From an uncultured Collinsella sp. (GTDB taxonomy: Bacteria; Actinomycetota; Coriobacteriia; Coriobacteriales; Coriobacteriaceae): a stretch of 44,565 nt of DNA. Location of the stretch: NCBI GenBank assembly GCA_900552185.1, contig URYT01000001.1:1-44565 (forward strand). The letters are read 5' to 3'. Within the stretch, counting starts at the first letter, position 1; the number at the start of each line of letters is the position of its first letter. Below are positions 1 to 7,465 of this stretch, piece by piece. Both the position numbers and the translations under genes were made by a program. Below the pieces are notes generated by a model. It was not told where the DNA came from and did no database searches. It saw only the letters and a list, made by a program, of their open reading frames with translations.

Positions 1-2
1 CG

Positions 3-140
3 GTGCGTGCGAGTCTCATCGGAACCGTGGAGCCCGTCTCGGCGACCATCACCAGCGCCGTTATGCTGGGCACGGTGTTTTTGCCGACCGACCTTATCGG
101 CTTTGCCATGATCATCGTGATGATGTTCCTCACGGTGTAG
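3..140 (+). CDS. 3' end of a probable EamA/DMT-family transporter (partial, begins before window)
   Basis: Manual translation from nt 3: VRASLIGTVEPVSATITSAVMLGTVFLPTDLIGFAMIIVMMFLTV*. Hydrophobic, with the EamA-like 'xxEPV...lG' pattern. Confidence 0.7.
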   Translation: MRASLIGTVEPVSATITSAVMLGTVFLPTDLIGFAMIIVMMFLTV

Positions 141-289
141 TTGACGCCGCCGCCAAGACAGAAAAGGTGTTGTGCCGCATTTTCGCCAATTGATGTCCGT
201 GTCTGGAGTTTAGCTGTCGATGCTCAAAATGCCATAAACTAGTAACGTTATGGACTTTTTCATTGCGACTCAATTGCGAGGATTTCTTT

Positions 290-2602
290 ATGGCTGGTAA
301 TCACTTTAAGGGCGGCGATAGCGGCCGTCCTGCAGTTCCGCCGCGTCCGAACGGGGCTGGTAAGGCCGGCACGCCGGGCGGCGCTGGACAGGGCGGTTCC
401 GGTAAGCGCGTGTCCCCGGGCGAGACGGCGATGTTTACCGCTCTGTACGAGCAGTCTCAAAAGGCAAAAAAGACCGGCCGTGCAAGAGGGAATGTCTTTG
501 CGGGCGGTGCAACCTCCACGTCGCAGCCGAGCGGGGCTCCTTCGATACCTGCGAACAACGCAGGTGCTGCCAACGCCGCGAATACCGCCGGCAACGTTAA
601 TGCCGGCAAGGCCGCCAACAATACTCCCTCTTCCGGTGGCGCGGGGCTTACAGGTAACCTTGGCACGATTTACACCGGCGCCTCCGAGACTGGCACGTTC
701 GCCCGCCTGGATGATAGCGGTGCCGAGTTTGCGGGCTCGGGTTCCAAGGAAGATTATTACGATTTTGGCTTGAACTACGGTAGCGACGCTTCGTCGAGTT
801 CGACCTCTGACGGTCTGGTCCGTCATCGCCATCGCAAGGGCGAGCGCAAAAAGCGTCACACTGGCGCCATTATTGCCGCTGTGGTCGTGGTGCTTCTCGT
901 TGCGCTTGGCGCAAGCGGCTTTATGCTGCTTAACTCGGCAAAGACCGTAAAGAGCGAAGCGAAGGAGGCTGTCGAGATTGTCGGTGGCCTTAAGGACAAG
1001 GTCACGTCGGGCGATTTTTCGACGCTGCCTGACGACGCGAAGAAGATCGATGAGCTCTGCGACAGCATGAAGGCGGAGACTTCGAGCCCGCTGTGGACGG
1101 CGGCATCGTTTATCCCGGTGTATGGCAGCGATATCAATGCGGCCCGCACCATGATTGACGCCCTGTCCGATGTCTCGAGCAATGCGCTGGTTCCCATGGC
1201 CGATAACCTTTCGCAGGCTACGCCCGGCAAGCTGTTCCAGGACGGCATGATTAACGTGTCCGCGCTGCAGGCGGTCGCCGATTCGCTTTCCAGCAGCTCG
1301 AAGGTGTTCAAGAGCGCCAACGAGAAGGTCCAGGGCATTGGCGATACTCATATTTCCCAGGTGACCGAGCTGGTCGATAAGGCCAAGGACGGCTTTGCCA
1401 CCCTCAACGGCGCGGTTGACGCGGCGGAGAAGGTCGCCCCCGTCCTTCCCCAGATGCTCGGCGCCAACGGCCAGACGCGCAACTACCTTGTGTACGCCAT
1501 GAACAACGTCGAGATTCGTGCTTGCGGCGGCTTTGGCGGTTCGCAGGGCCTGATTTCGGTCGCTGACGGCCAGATGTCGATTGGCGAGTTTGTTCCCCGC
1601 ATTGGACTCAGTGAGGATGAGGCAGTCGAGAGCGTCGACGAAGAGGATGAGGCGCTGTTCGGCAACCACAGTAACCTGTACAACTCGGGCAATACCTATT
1701 CGCCTGATTGGCCCCGCAACTCGCAGCGTGTCGCCGCGCTGTGGAAGTCCCAGTATGGACAGGACGTTGATGGCGTCATCGGTATCGACCCGGTGTTCCT
1801 GCAGTATCTGCTGGGCCTGGTCGGTAATGTCTCGCTGCCCGACGGAACGGTTGTCGACGGCACCAACGCCGCAAAGGTCCTCATGCACGATGTGTACTGG
1901 AACTATCCGGTCGAGGAGTCGGACGGCATCTTTGCATCCGTCGCCAGCGCTGCCTTCGACAAGATTCTTGGCGGTATCGGCGATGTCGATGTTGCGAAGC
2001 TTGTCAGCGCCGTTGAGCGCGGTGCCGAAGAGGGCCGCCTGATTGCTTGGATGAGAAACGATGATGAGCAGAATGCCATCAAAGAGACGGGCATTGACGC
2101 TTCGCTGCCCGATCCGGATGACCCGAGTGCCGATCCCGTTGCCGGCGTTTACTTTAACAACCTGAGCTTCTCCAAGCTCGACTGGTATCTGAACGCCGAC
2201 ACGCAGATTGGCCAGGGCGTGAAGAACGGCGACGGCACGTGCTCCTATCGCATCACCGTTACCCTGACGAACATCATGACGCAGGAGGAGGCTGGCAAGC
2301 TGCCCGACTACGTTGCGGCGAGCGCACCCGACGCCGCACGTGACGACGAGCGTCTGAATGTCTCGTTGTTTGCCCCGACGGGCGGCAACATTACTGATCT
2401 GACCGTCGAGGGCACCCAGTTTGGTCTTGGCGCCGCTACGTGGCATGGAATCCCCTTCTATTCGGGCACCGTTGACCTGCATGCTGGCGAGACGACGACG
2501 ATCACGTATACGCTGACCACGTCGGCCGAGGCGGGGGACAAGCCGCTTACGCTGCGTCAGACTCCTACATGCCAGGCGGCTCGCGACAGCGCGTCGGCGT
2601 AG
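290..2602 (+). CDS. DUF4012-domain membrane-anchored protein (LCP-related, cell-envelope associated)
   Basis: ATG at 290. Low-complexity G/A/S N-terminus, basic stretch then one TM helix (IIAAVVVVLLVALGA), helical region, and motifs NNVEIRACGG, NTYSPDWP, VDGVIGIDP, SKLDWYL typical of DUF4012. Confidence 0.75.
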   Translation: MAGNHFKGGDSGRPAVPPRPNGAGKAGTPGGAGQGGSGKRVSPGETAMFTALYEQSQKAKKTGRARGNVFAGGATSTSQPSGAPSIPANNAGAANAANTAGNVNAGKAANNTPSSGGAGLTGNLGTIYTGASETGTFARLDDSGAEFAGSGSKEDYYDFGLNYGSDASSSSTSDGLVRHRHRKGERKKRHTGAIIAAVVVVLLVALGASGFMLLNSAKTVKSEAKEAVEIVGGLKDKVTSGDFSTLPDDAKKIDELCDSMKAETSSPLWTAASFIPVYGSDINAARTMIDALSDVSSNALVPMADNLSQATPGKLFQDGMINVSALQAVADSLSSSSKVFKSANEKVQGIGDTHISQVTELVDKAKDGFATLNGAVDAAEKVAPVLPQMLGANGQTRNYLVYAMNNVEIRACGGFGGSQGLISVADGQMSIGEFVPRIGLSEDEAVESVDEEDEALFGNHSNLYNSGNTYSPDWPRNSQRVAALWKSQYGQDVDGVIGIDPVFLQYLLGLVGNVSLPDGTVVDGTNAAKVLMHDVYWNYPVEESDGIFASVASAAFDKILGGIGDVDVAKLVSAVERGAEEGRLIAWMRNDDEQNAIKETGIDASLPDPDDPSADPVAGVYFNNLSFSKLDWYLNADTQIGQGVKNGDGTCSYRITVTLTNIMTQEEAGKLPDYVAASAPDAARDDERLNVSLFAPTGGNITDLTVEGTQFGLGAATWHGIPFYSGTVDLHAGETTTITYTLTTSAEAGDKPLTLRQTPTCQAARDSASA

Positions 2603-2685
2603 GGTTTTTCTGGTAGCGCAGATAATCGAGTACCATTTTGGGGCGGACAGGCAATCTGTTCGCCCCTATTTTGTAAGGAGAGCGC

Positions 2686-4017
2686 ATGAAGTACTTTGGC
2701 ACCGACGGCTTTCGCGGTGAGGCCAACGTTGGGCTGACGGTAGAGCACGCTTATAAGATTGGCCGTTTTGTGGGCTGGTATTACGGTGCCAACCGCGAGC
2801 GCAAGGCACGCGTGATCGTGGGCAAGGACACGCGTCGTTCGAGCTACATGTTCGAGGCGGCGCTGGTGAGCGGCCTGGTCGCGAGCGGTGCGGACGCCTA
2901 TATACTGCACGTGATCCCCACGCCGGGCGTAGCGCATCAGACCGTGGAAGGCTGCTTCGATTGCGGCATCATGATCAGCGCGAGCCACAACCCGTTTTGC
3001 GATAACGGCATTAAGCTTGTCAACAGCGACGGCTTTAAGATGGACGAGGACGTACTGGAGCTCATCGAGGACTATATCGATGGCAAGAGTGAGGTGCCGC
3101 TGGCCACGGGCAACCACATCGGCGCCACGGTGGACTACATGCAGGGCCGCAACCGCTACATTGCTTCGCTCATCGCCAGCGCGAACTTTTCGTTGCAGGG
3201 CGTCAAGATCGGTATCGACTGCGCCAACGGTTCGGCTTCCTCGGTTGCCAAGCCGGTGTTCGACGCGCTGGGCGCCGACGTGCGCGTGATCAACGCCGCG
3301 CCCGATGGCTTTAACATCAACGTCGACTGCGGCTCCACGCATATGGAGCGCCTGCAGCGCCATGTGGTGGAGCAGGGCCTGGACGTGGGCTTTGCCTATG
3401 ACGGCGATGCCGATCGCTGCTTGGCCGTGGACGAGCGCGGTCGCGTGGTAGACGGCGACCAGATCCTGTACGTGTGCGGCGTGTATCTGAACAAGCACGG
3501 GCGACTCTCGGGCGGTACCGTGGTGCCGACGATTGCCAGCAACTTTGGCCTGGTCAAGTCGCTGGAGCTTGCCGGTCTGAGCGTCGTGACCAGCGGCGTG
3601 GGCGACCGTCACGTGTATGCCAAGATGCGCGAGGGCGGCTACAGCCTGGGCGGCGAGCAGACGGGCCATACGATCTTTGGCGATATCGAGCGCACGGGCG
3701 ACGGCATTATGACCTCGCTGCGCGTGATGGAAGTGATTCGTGCCGAGCGCGAGACACTCTCGCAGCTCACGGCTCCGTGCAAGCTGCTGCCGCAGGCGCA
3801 GGTGGCCGTGCACGTGGCGGACAAGGACGCCGCGCTCGAGAACATGGGTGTGCAGAACGCCATCGCCGAGGCCGAGGCCGCGCTCGCAGGCGAGGGCCGC
3901 GTGCTCGTACGCAAGAGCGGAACCGAGTCGGTTATCCGCGTGCTGGCCGAGGCGCCCGACCAAGCATCCGCCGATGCCGCCATGAAGCGCATCGCCGCCG
4001 CGCTGGAAGCTCTGTAA
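2686..4017 (+). CDS. glmM: Phosphoglucosamine mutase
   Basis: MKYFGTDGFRG start, phosphoserine motif MISASHNP, metal loop DGDADR, GGEQTGH, RKSGTE. RBS AAGGAG. Confidence 0.92.
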   Translation: MKYFGTDGFRGEANVGLTVEHAYKIGRFVGWYYGANRERKARVIVGKDTRRSSYMFEAALVSGLVASGADAYILHVIPTPGVAHQTVEGCFDCGIMISASHNPFCDNGIKLVNSDGFKMDEDVLELIEDYIDGKSEVPLATGNHIGATVDYMQGRNRYIASLIASANFSLQGVKIGIDCANGSASSVAKPVFDALGADVRVINAAPDGFNINVDCGSTHMERLQRHVVEQGLDVGFAYDGDADRCLAVDERGRVVDGDQILYVCGVYLNKHGRLSGGTVVPTIASNFGLVKSLELAGLSVVTSGVGDRHVYAKMREGGYSLGGEQTGHTIFGDIERTGDGIMTSLRVMEVIRAERETLSQLTAPCKLLPQAQVAVHVADKDAALENMGVQNAIAEAEAALAGEGRVLVRKSGTESVIRVLAEAPDQASADAAMKRIAAALEAL

Positions 4018-4019
4018 GG

Positions 4020-4048
4020 TAGTCATTGGGGACGTTCTTAAACGACTA
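4020..4048. repeat. REP-like hairpin (TAGTC-attggggacgttcttaaac-GACTA)
   Basis: Short stem enclosing a GGGGAC-containing loop directly after the glmM stop. Same architecture as the hairpin at 38937-38973. Confidence 0.45.
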
Positions 4049-4052
4049 GGTG

Positions 4053-4094
4053 AAAAGGGGGGGCGCTGCGGATTGGTTCCGCGGCGTCCCCTTT
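4053..4094. terminator. Bidirectional intrinsic terminator between convergent glmM and carboxypeptidase
   Basis: AAAAGGGGGGGCGCTGCGGA...TCCGCGGCGTCCCCTTT: GC-rich stem with A- and T-tracts on either side. Confidence 0.75.
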
Positions 4095-4116
4095 GCGTTG
4101 GCGCGTCGGTTATGCC

Positions 4117-5700
4117 TTACAGCTCGTAGAGCGTGGTGAACTTGTCCTGCAGGTAGCTGCAGTAGTAGCGGGCATCGAACGCCATGCCGCACGCGCCCTT
4201 GATGAGCTCCGGCGCGTCCTTGGCGCGGCCCCACTGCCAAATGTGCTCGCCCAGCCAGGCGCGGACAGGTGTCAGGTCGCCGCTCGCGCAGGCGCCGTTA
4301 AGGTCGACACCGTCGCGGCACATGGCCGGCACAAACATGGCATCGTAGGCACTGCCCAGCGCATACGTGGGGAAGTAGCCAAACGAGCCGCCGCTCCAAT
4401 GCGTATCCTGTAGGCAGCCGTGCGTGTCGTCGGGAACGGGAATGCCCAGGTACTCATCCATAAAGCGATTCCAAAGCGCGGGGATGTCCTTGGCCGTGGC
4501 CTCGTCGGCAAACAGCATGCGCTCGATCTCGTAGCGCACCATAACGTGCAGCGGATAGGTGAGCTCGTCGGCCTCGGTGCGGATCAGCGAAGGCTGCGCG
4601 ATGTTCACGGCGTGGTAGAGCGTGTCCTCGTCGACGTCGCCGTAGACCTCGGGTGCGTGGCGGCGCAGCACCTCGAGCAGCGGTCCCATAAAGGCACGGC
4701 TGCGGCCCACGGTGTTCTCGAAAAAGCGGCTCTGGCTCTCGTGGATGCCCATGGAGGTGCCACCCTCAAGACAGGTGCGCGCATAGGCAGGATTGACGCC
4801 CAGCTCGTACATGGTGTGCCCCGCCTCGTGGATGATGCTGTAGACGTTGGAGATGCAATCGTCCTCGTAGATGTGTGTTGCGATGCGCGCGTCACCCACG
4901 GCAAAGCCCTCGCTAAACGGGTGCTCGGTAAAGGCAAGCGTGGTGTCGTCCAGGTTCAGGCCGACGAGCTTCATCAGGTCGAAGCTCATGGCGCGCTGGG
5001 CGGCCTCGGGCACGCGGGCGTGCAAAAAGTCGGCATCGGGCTGCTGGCCGCGCTCGCCGATGGCGTGCACGAGCGGCACGACCGTCGCCTTGACCTCATC
5101 GCAAAACGCATCGAAGCTCTTTGCGGAAAGGCCGCGCTCGTACTGGTCGAGCCAAACGTCGTATGGGTCGCGCTGGGGGTCCATGAGCTCGGCCTGATGC
5201 TTAAGTTGGGCGACGATTCTATCCACATAGGGCTCAAAGCTCGCCCAGTCATTGGCCGTCTTGGCCTTGTGCCACACGGCATCGGCCTCGCAGGTGAGCC
5301 TGGTCCAGGCCTCGGCCTCCTCGGTGGGGATGACGCTTGCCTCGCGCTGGTCGCGGCCGAGCACACGGATCTCGTCGAGCAGCTGCGGGTCGTCTACGTG
5401 TCCGCCTGCAACCGTCTCGCGCGCTAACGAGCGTACGAGCTCAACGGACTTCTCGCTGGTCAGCAGCTTGTGATGCTCGCCGGCAAGCGTGCCCATGGCG
5501 TCGGCACGGGCGGTAGCGCCGTTGACAGGAGCGATCGTCGCTCCATCGAACTCGGCAATCTTGAGCAGGTACTCACGAGTCCACAGCTTGCCCTCGAGTT
5601 TGCGGAACTTTTTGACGGCCTTGTCGACTTTAGCGGCCTTGACGCCCTTGGCGGCCTTTGCCACGGCGGCCTTGGCCTTCTTATCGAGTTTCTTTCCCAT
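4117..5700 (-). CDS. Carboxypeptidase Taq (peptidase M32)
   Basis: HPF, HEAGH (HExxH), HESQSRFFE, IRTEADE, GCLQDTHW and GYFPTYALG are all M32 signature motifs. Confidence 0.93.
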   Translation of the reverse strand: MGKKLDKKAKAAVAKAAKGVKAAKVDKAVKKFRKLEGKLWTREYLLKIAEFDGATIAPVNGATARADAMGTLAGEHHKLLTSEKSVELVRSLARETVAGGHVDDPQLLDEIRVLGRDQREASVIPTEEAEAWTRLTCEADAVWHKAKTANDWASFEPYVDRIVAQLKHQAELMDPQRDPYDVWLDQYERGLSAKSFDAFCDEVKATVVPLVHAIGERGQQPDADFLHARVPEAAQRAMSFDLMKLVGLNLDDTTLAFTEHPFSEGFAVGDARIATHIYEDDCISNVYSIIHEAGHTMYELGVNPAYARTCLEGGTSMGIHESQSRFFENTVGRSRAFMGPLLEVLRRHAPEVYGDVDEDTLYHAVNIAQPSLIRTEADELTYPLHVMVRYEIERMLFADEATAKDIPALWNRFMDEYLGIPVPDDTHGCLQDTHWSGGSFGYFPTYALGSAYDAMFVPAMCRDGVDLNGACASGDLTPVRAWLGEHIWQWGRAKDAPELIKGACGMAFDARYYCSYLQDKFTTLYEL

Positions 5701-5834
5701 ACCGTATCCTTAATCTCGCAGGCCGAGCGCCGCAGGCGGGTGCGCGGCCAGTTTGCACAGCTACCTGCCTTGTACCCAGCGCGAACAAAACGGAACGCGG
5801 CGATGCGCTCGCGAAATGTGTTATCCTATAGCCC

Positions 5835-6120
5835 AATGCGTTGACGGAGAGGGTTTTGCCCGCCGCGTCGCCGGCAAGAGAGGGAAGGTCATGGGCTGCA
5901 AGCCTTCCTGCGGTGGCAAGGGCCAAGCGTTCACTCCCGAGCAGCGACCTCAACGGGCACGCGGCCAGTGGCAGCAAAGTCCCAGTAGGGAAGCCGTGAG
6001 CCTCGCGACAAGAGGCACAGAGTGGGCGCGGCGGGCCAGACATCCGCCGGGTCAAACAAGGTGGTACCGCGGAATTCAACCGTCCTTGGGCAATGTACAT
6101 GCCCGAGGGCGGTTTTTTTG
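5835..6120 (+). ncRNA. T-box riboswitch (Phe) controlling pheS-pheT
   Basis: Stem I with AGAGAG/GGGCTGCAAG motifs and UUC specifier (5930-5932), AGTA box, T-box AAGGTGGTACCGCGG (6058-6072), and terminator ACCGTCCTTGGGCA..TGCCCGAGGGCGGT+T7 (6079-6119). Putative -10 TATCCT at 5822. Confidence 0.93.
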
Positions 6121-6204
6121 TTACCGAACCGGGCCGCGCATCCGCAACATCGGGCGGCGTCAGCCGTCCCGGAGCGCGGATGTGCGAGAGACGAAAGGGA
6201 AGAC

Positions 6205-7281
6205 ATGAGTCTGATTGATGATCTGGTCAAACTCGAGGAAGAGGCCAAGGAGCTCGTCACTAGCGCTGACGACGCCGCCAAGCTCGAGGCCGCGCGCGTT
6301 GAGCTGCTCGGCCGCAAGGGCCGTATCACCGGCCTGATGCGCATGATGGGCAAGCTCGCTCCCGAGGATCGTCCCATGATGGGCAAACGCGCCAACGAGA
6401 TGCGCCAGCTGATCGAGGGCATGCTCGACGAGCGCACCACCGAGATGAAGGCCGCCGCCCTCAAGCACGCACTCGAGCACGAGGCCGTCGACATCACGCT
6501 GCCGGGCATCCGTCCGCAGATCGGTCACCAGCACCTGATCAAGCAGATCATCGAGGAGGCCGAGGACATCTTCTGCGGCATCGGCTACACCGTCGAGTCC
6601 GGCCCCATGGTCGATACCTCCTACTACAACTTCACCGCGCTCAACGCGCCCATGGATCACCCGAGCCGCTCGGCTCGCGACACGTTCTATGTGGTCGACA
6701 ACAACCCCGGCAGCGTCGCGCATCCCGAGGCTCACGCTCACGGCGAGTCCGACGTGCTGCTGCGCACCCAGACCTCGGGCGTGCAGATCCACACCATGGA
6801 GTCGCAGAAGCCGCCCATCTACATGATCTGCCCGGGCACCGTCTACCGTCCCGACACGGCCGACGCCTGCCACCTGCCGCAGTTCAACCAGATCGAGGGC
6901 CTGGTCGTCGACGAGGGTATCACCTTTGGCGATCTTAAGGGCACGCTCGACTACTTTGTTAAGTGCATGTTTGGCGAGGATCGCAAGACGCGCTATCGCC
7001 CGCATTTCTTCCCCTTCACCGAGCCTTCCTGCGAGGTGGACGTGAGCTGCCACGTCTGCGGCGGCAAGGGTTGCAACTTCTGCAAGCACAGCGGCTGGAT
7101 CGAGATTCTGGGCTGCGGCATGGTCGACCCCAACGTCCTGATCAACTGCGGCATCGACCCCGAGAAGTACACCGGCTTCGCCTTTGGTATTGGCGCCGAG
7201 CGCGTCGCGGCACTGCGCTACGACTTGCCTGACCTTAGAACTCTCATGACTGGCGATATGCGCTTCTTGAATCAGTTCTAG
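6205..7281 (+). CDS. pheS: Phenylalanine--tRNA ligase alpha subunit
   Basis: ATG 6205 after AAAGGGA. Motifs HPSRSARDTFY, LLRTQTS, HLPQFNQIEG, RPHFFPFTEPS, WIEILGCG, GFAFGIGAER. Confidence 0.97.
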   Translation: MSLIDDLVKLEEEAKELVTSADDAAKLEAARVELLGRKGRITGLMRMMGKLAPEDRPMMGKRANEMRQLIEGMLDERTTEMKAAALKHALEHEAVDITLPGIRPQIGHQHLIKQIIEEAEDIFCGIGYTVESGPMVDTSYYNFTALNAPMDHPSRSARDTFYVVDNNPGSVAHPEAHAHGESDVLLRTQTSGVQIHTMESQKPPIYMICPGTVYRPDTADACHLPQFNQIEGLVVDEGITFGDLKGTLDYFVKCMFGEDRKTRYRPHFFPFTEPSCEVDVSCHVCGGKGCNFCKHSGWIEILGCGMVDPNVLINCGIDPEKYTGFAFGIGAERVAALRYDLPDLRTLMTGDMRFLNQF

Positions 7282-7288
7282 GCTGCGG

Positions 7289-7382
7289 CTTGCCCAAGCA
7301 CGGCACCTCGGCGCTCATTCGTCGCTTGCGTACCAAAGTACGCGGCGCTCCTCTTTCGGGCCGATCTGCCGCACTTGGACAA
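7289..7382. repeat. ~94 bp imperfect hairpin (ERIC/MITE-like intergenic element) between pheS and pheT
   Basis: TTGCCCAAG..CGGCA..TCGGC / GCCGA..TGCCG..CTTGGACAA arms around a central GCGTAC-CAAA-GTACGC hairpin. Confidence 0.55.
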
Positions 7383-7465
7383 CCCTCGCTTTGTAAGGAA
7401 TGTTCACAAAGTTGAAGTTTCCACCTGCATCTCTTCGCAGGCTTTCAGTATGAAAGGAGAGCTAG

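Noticed and set aside
260..2482. 740-aa minus-strand ORF, and similar long antisense ORFs at 2557-4026, 13985-15514, 15863-18622, 32223-34631 and 39376-41232
   Set aside because: Shadow ORFs opposite well-supported genes. High GC3 bias removes stops on the antisense frame, and they have no family motifs.
6022..6204. N-terminal extension of pheS in the ORF track
   Set aside because: Overlaps the T-box antiterminator/terminator. The real start is ATG 6205 with an RBS.
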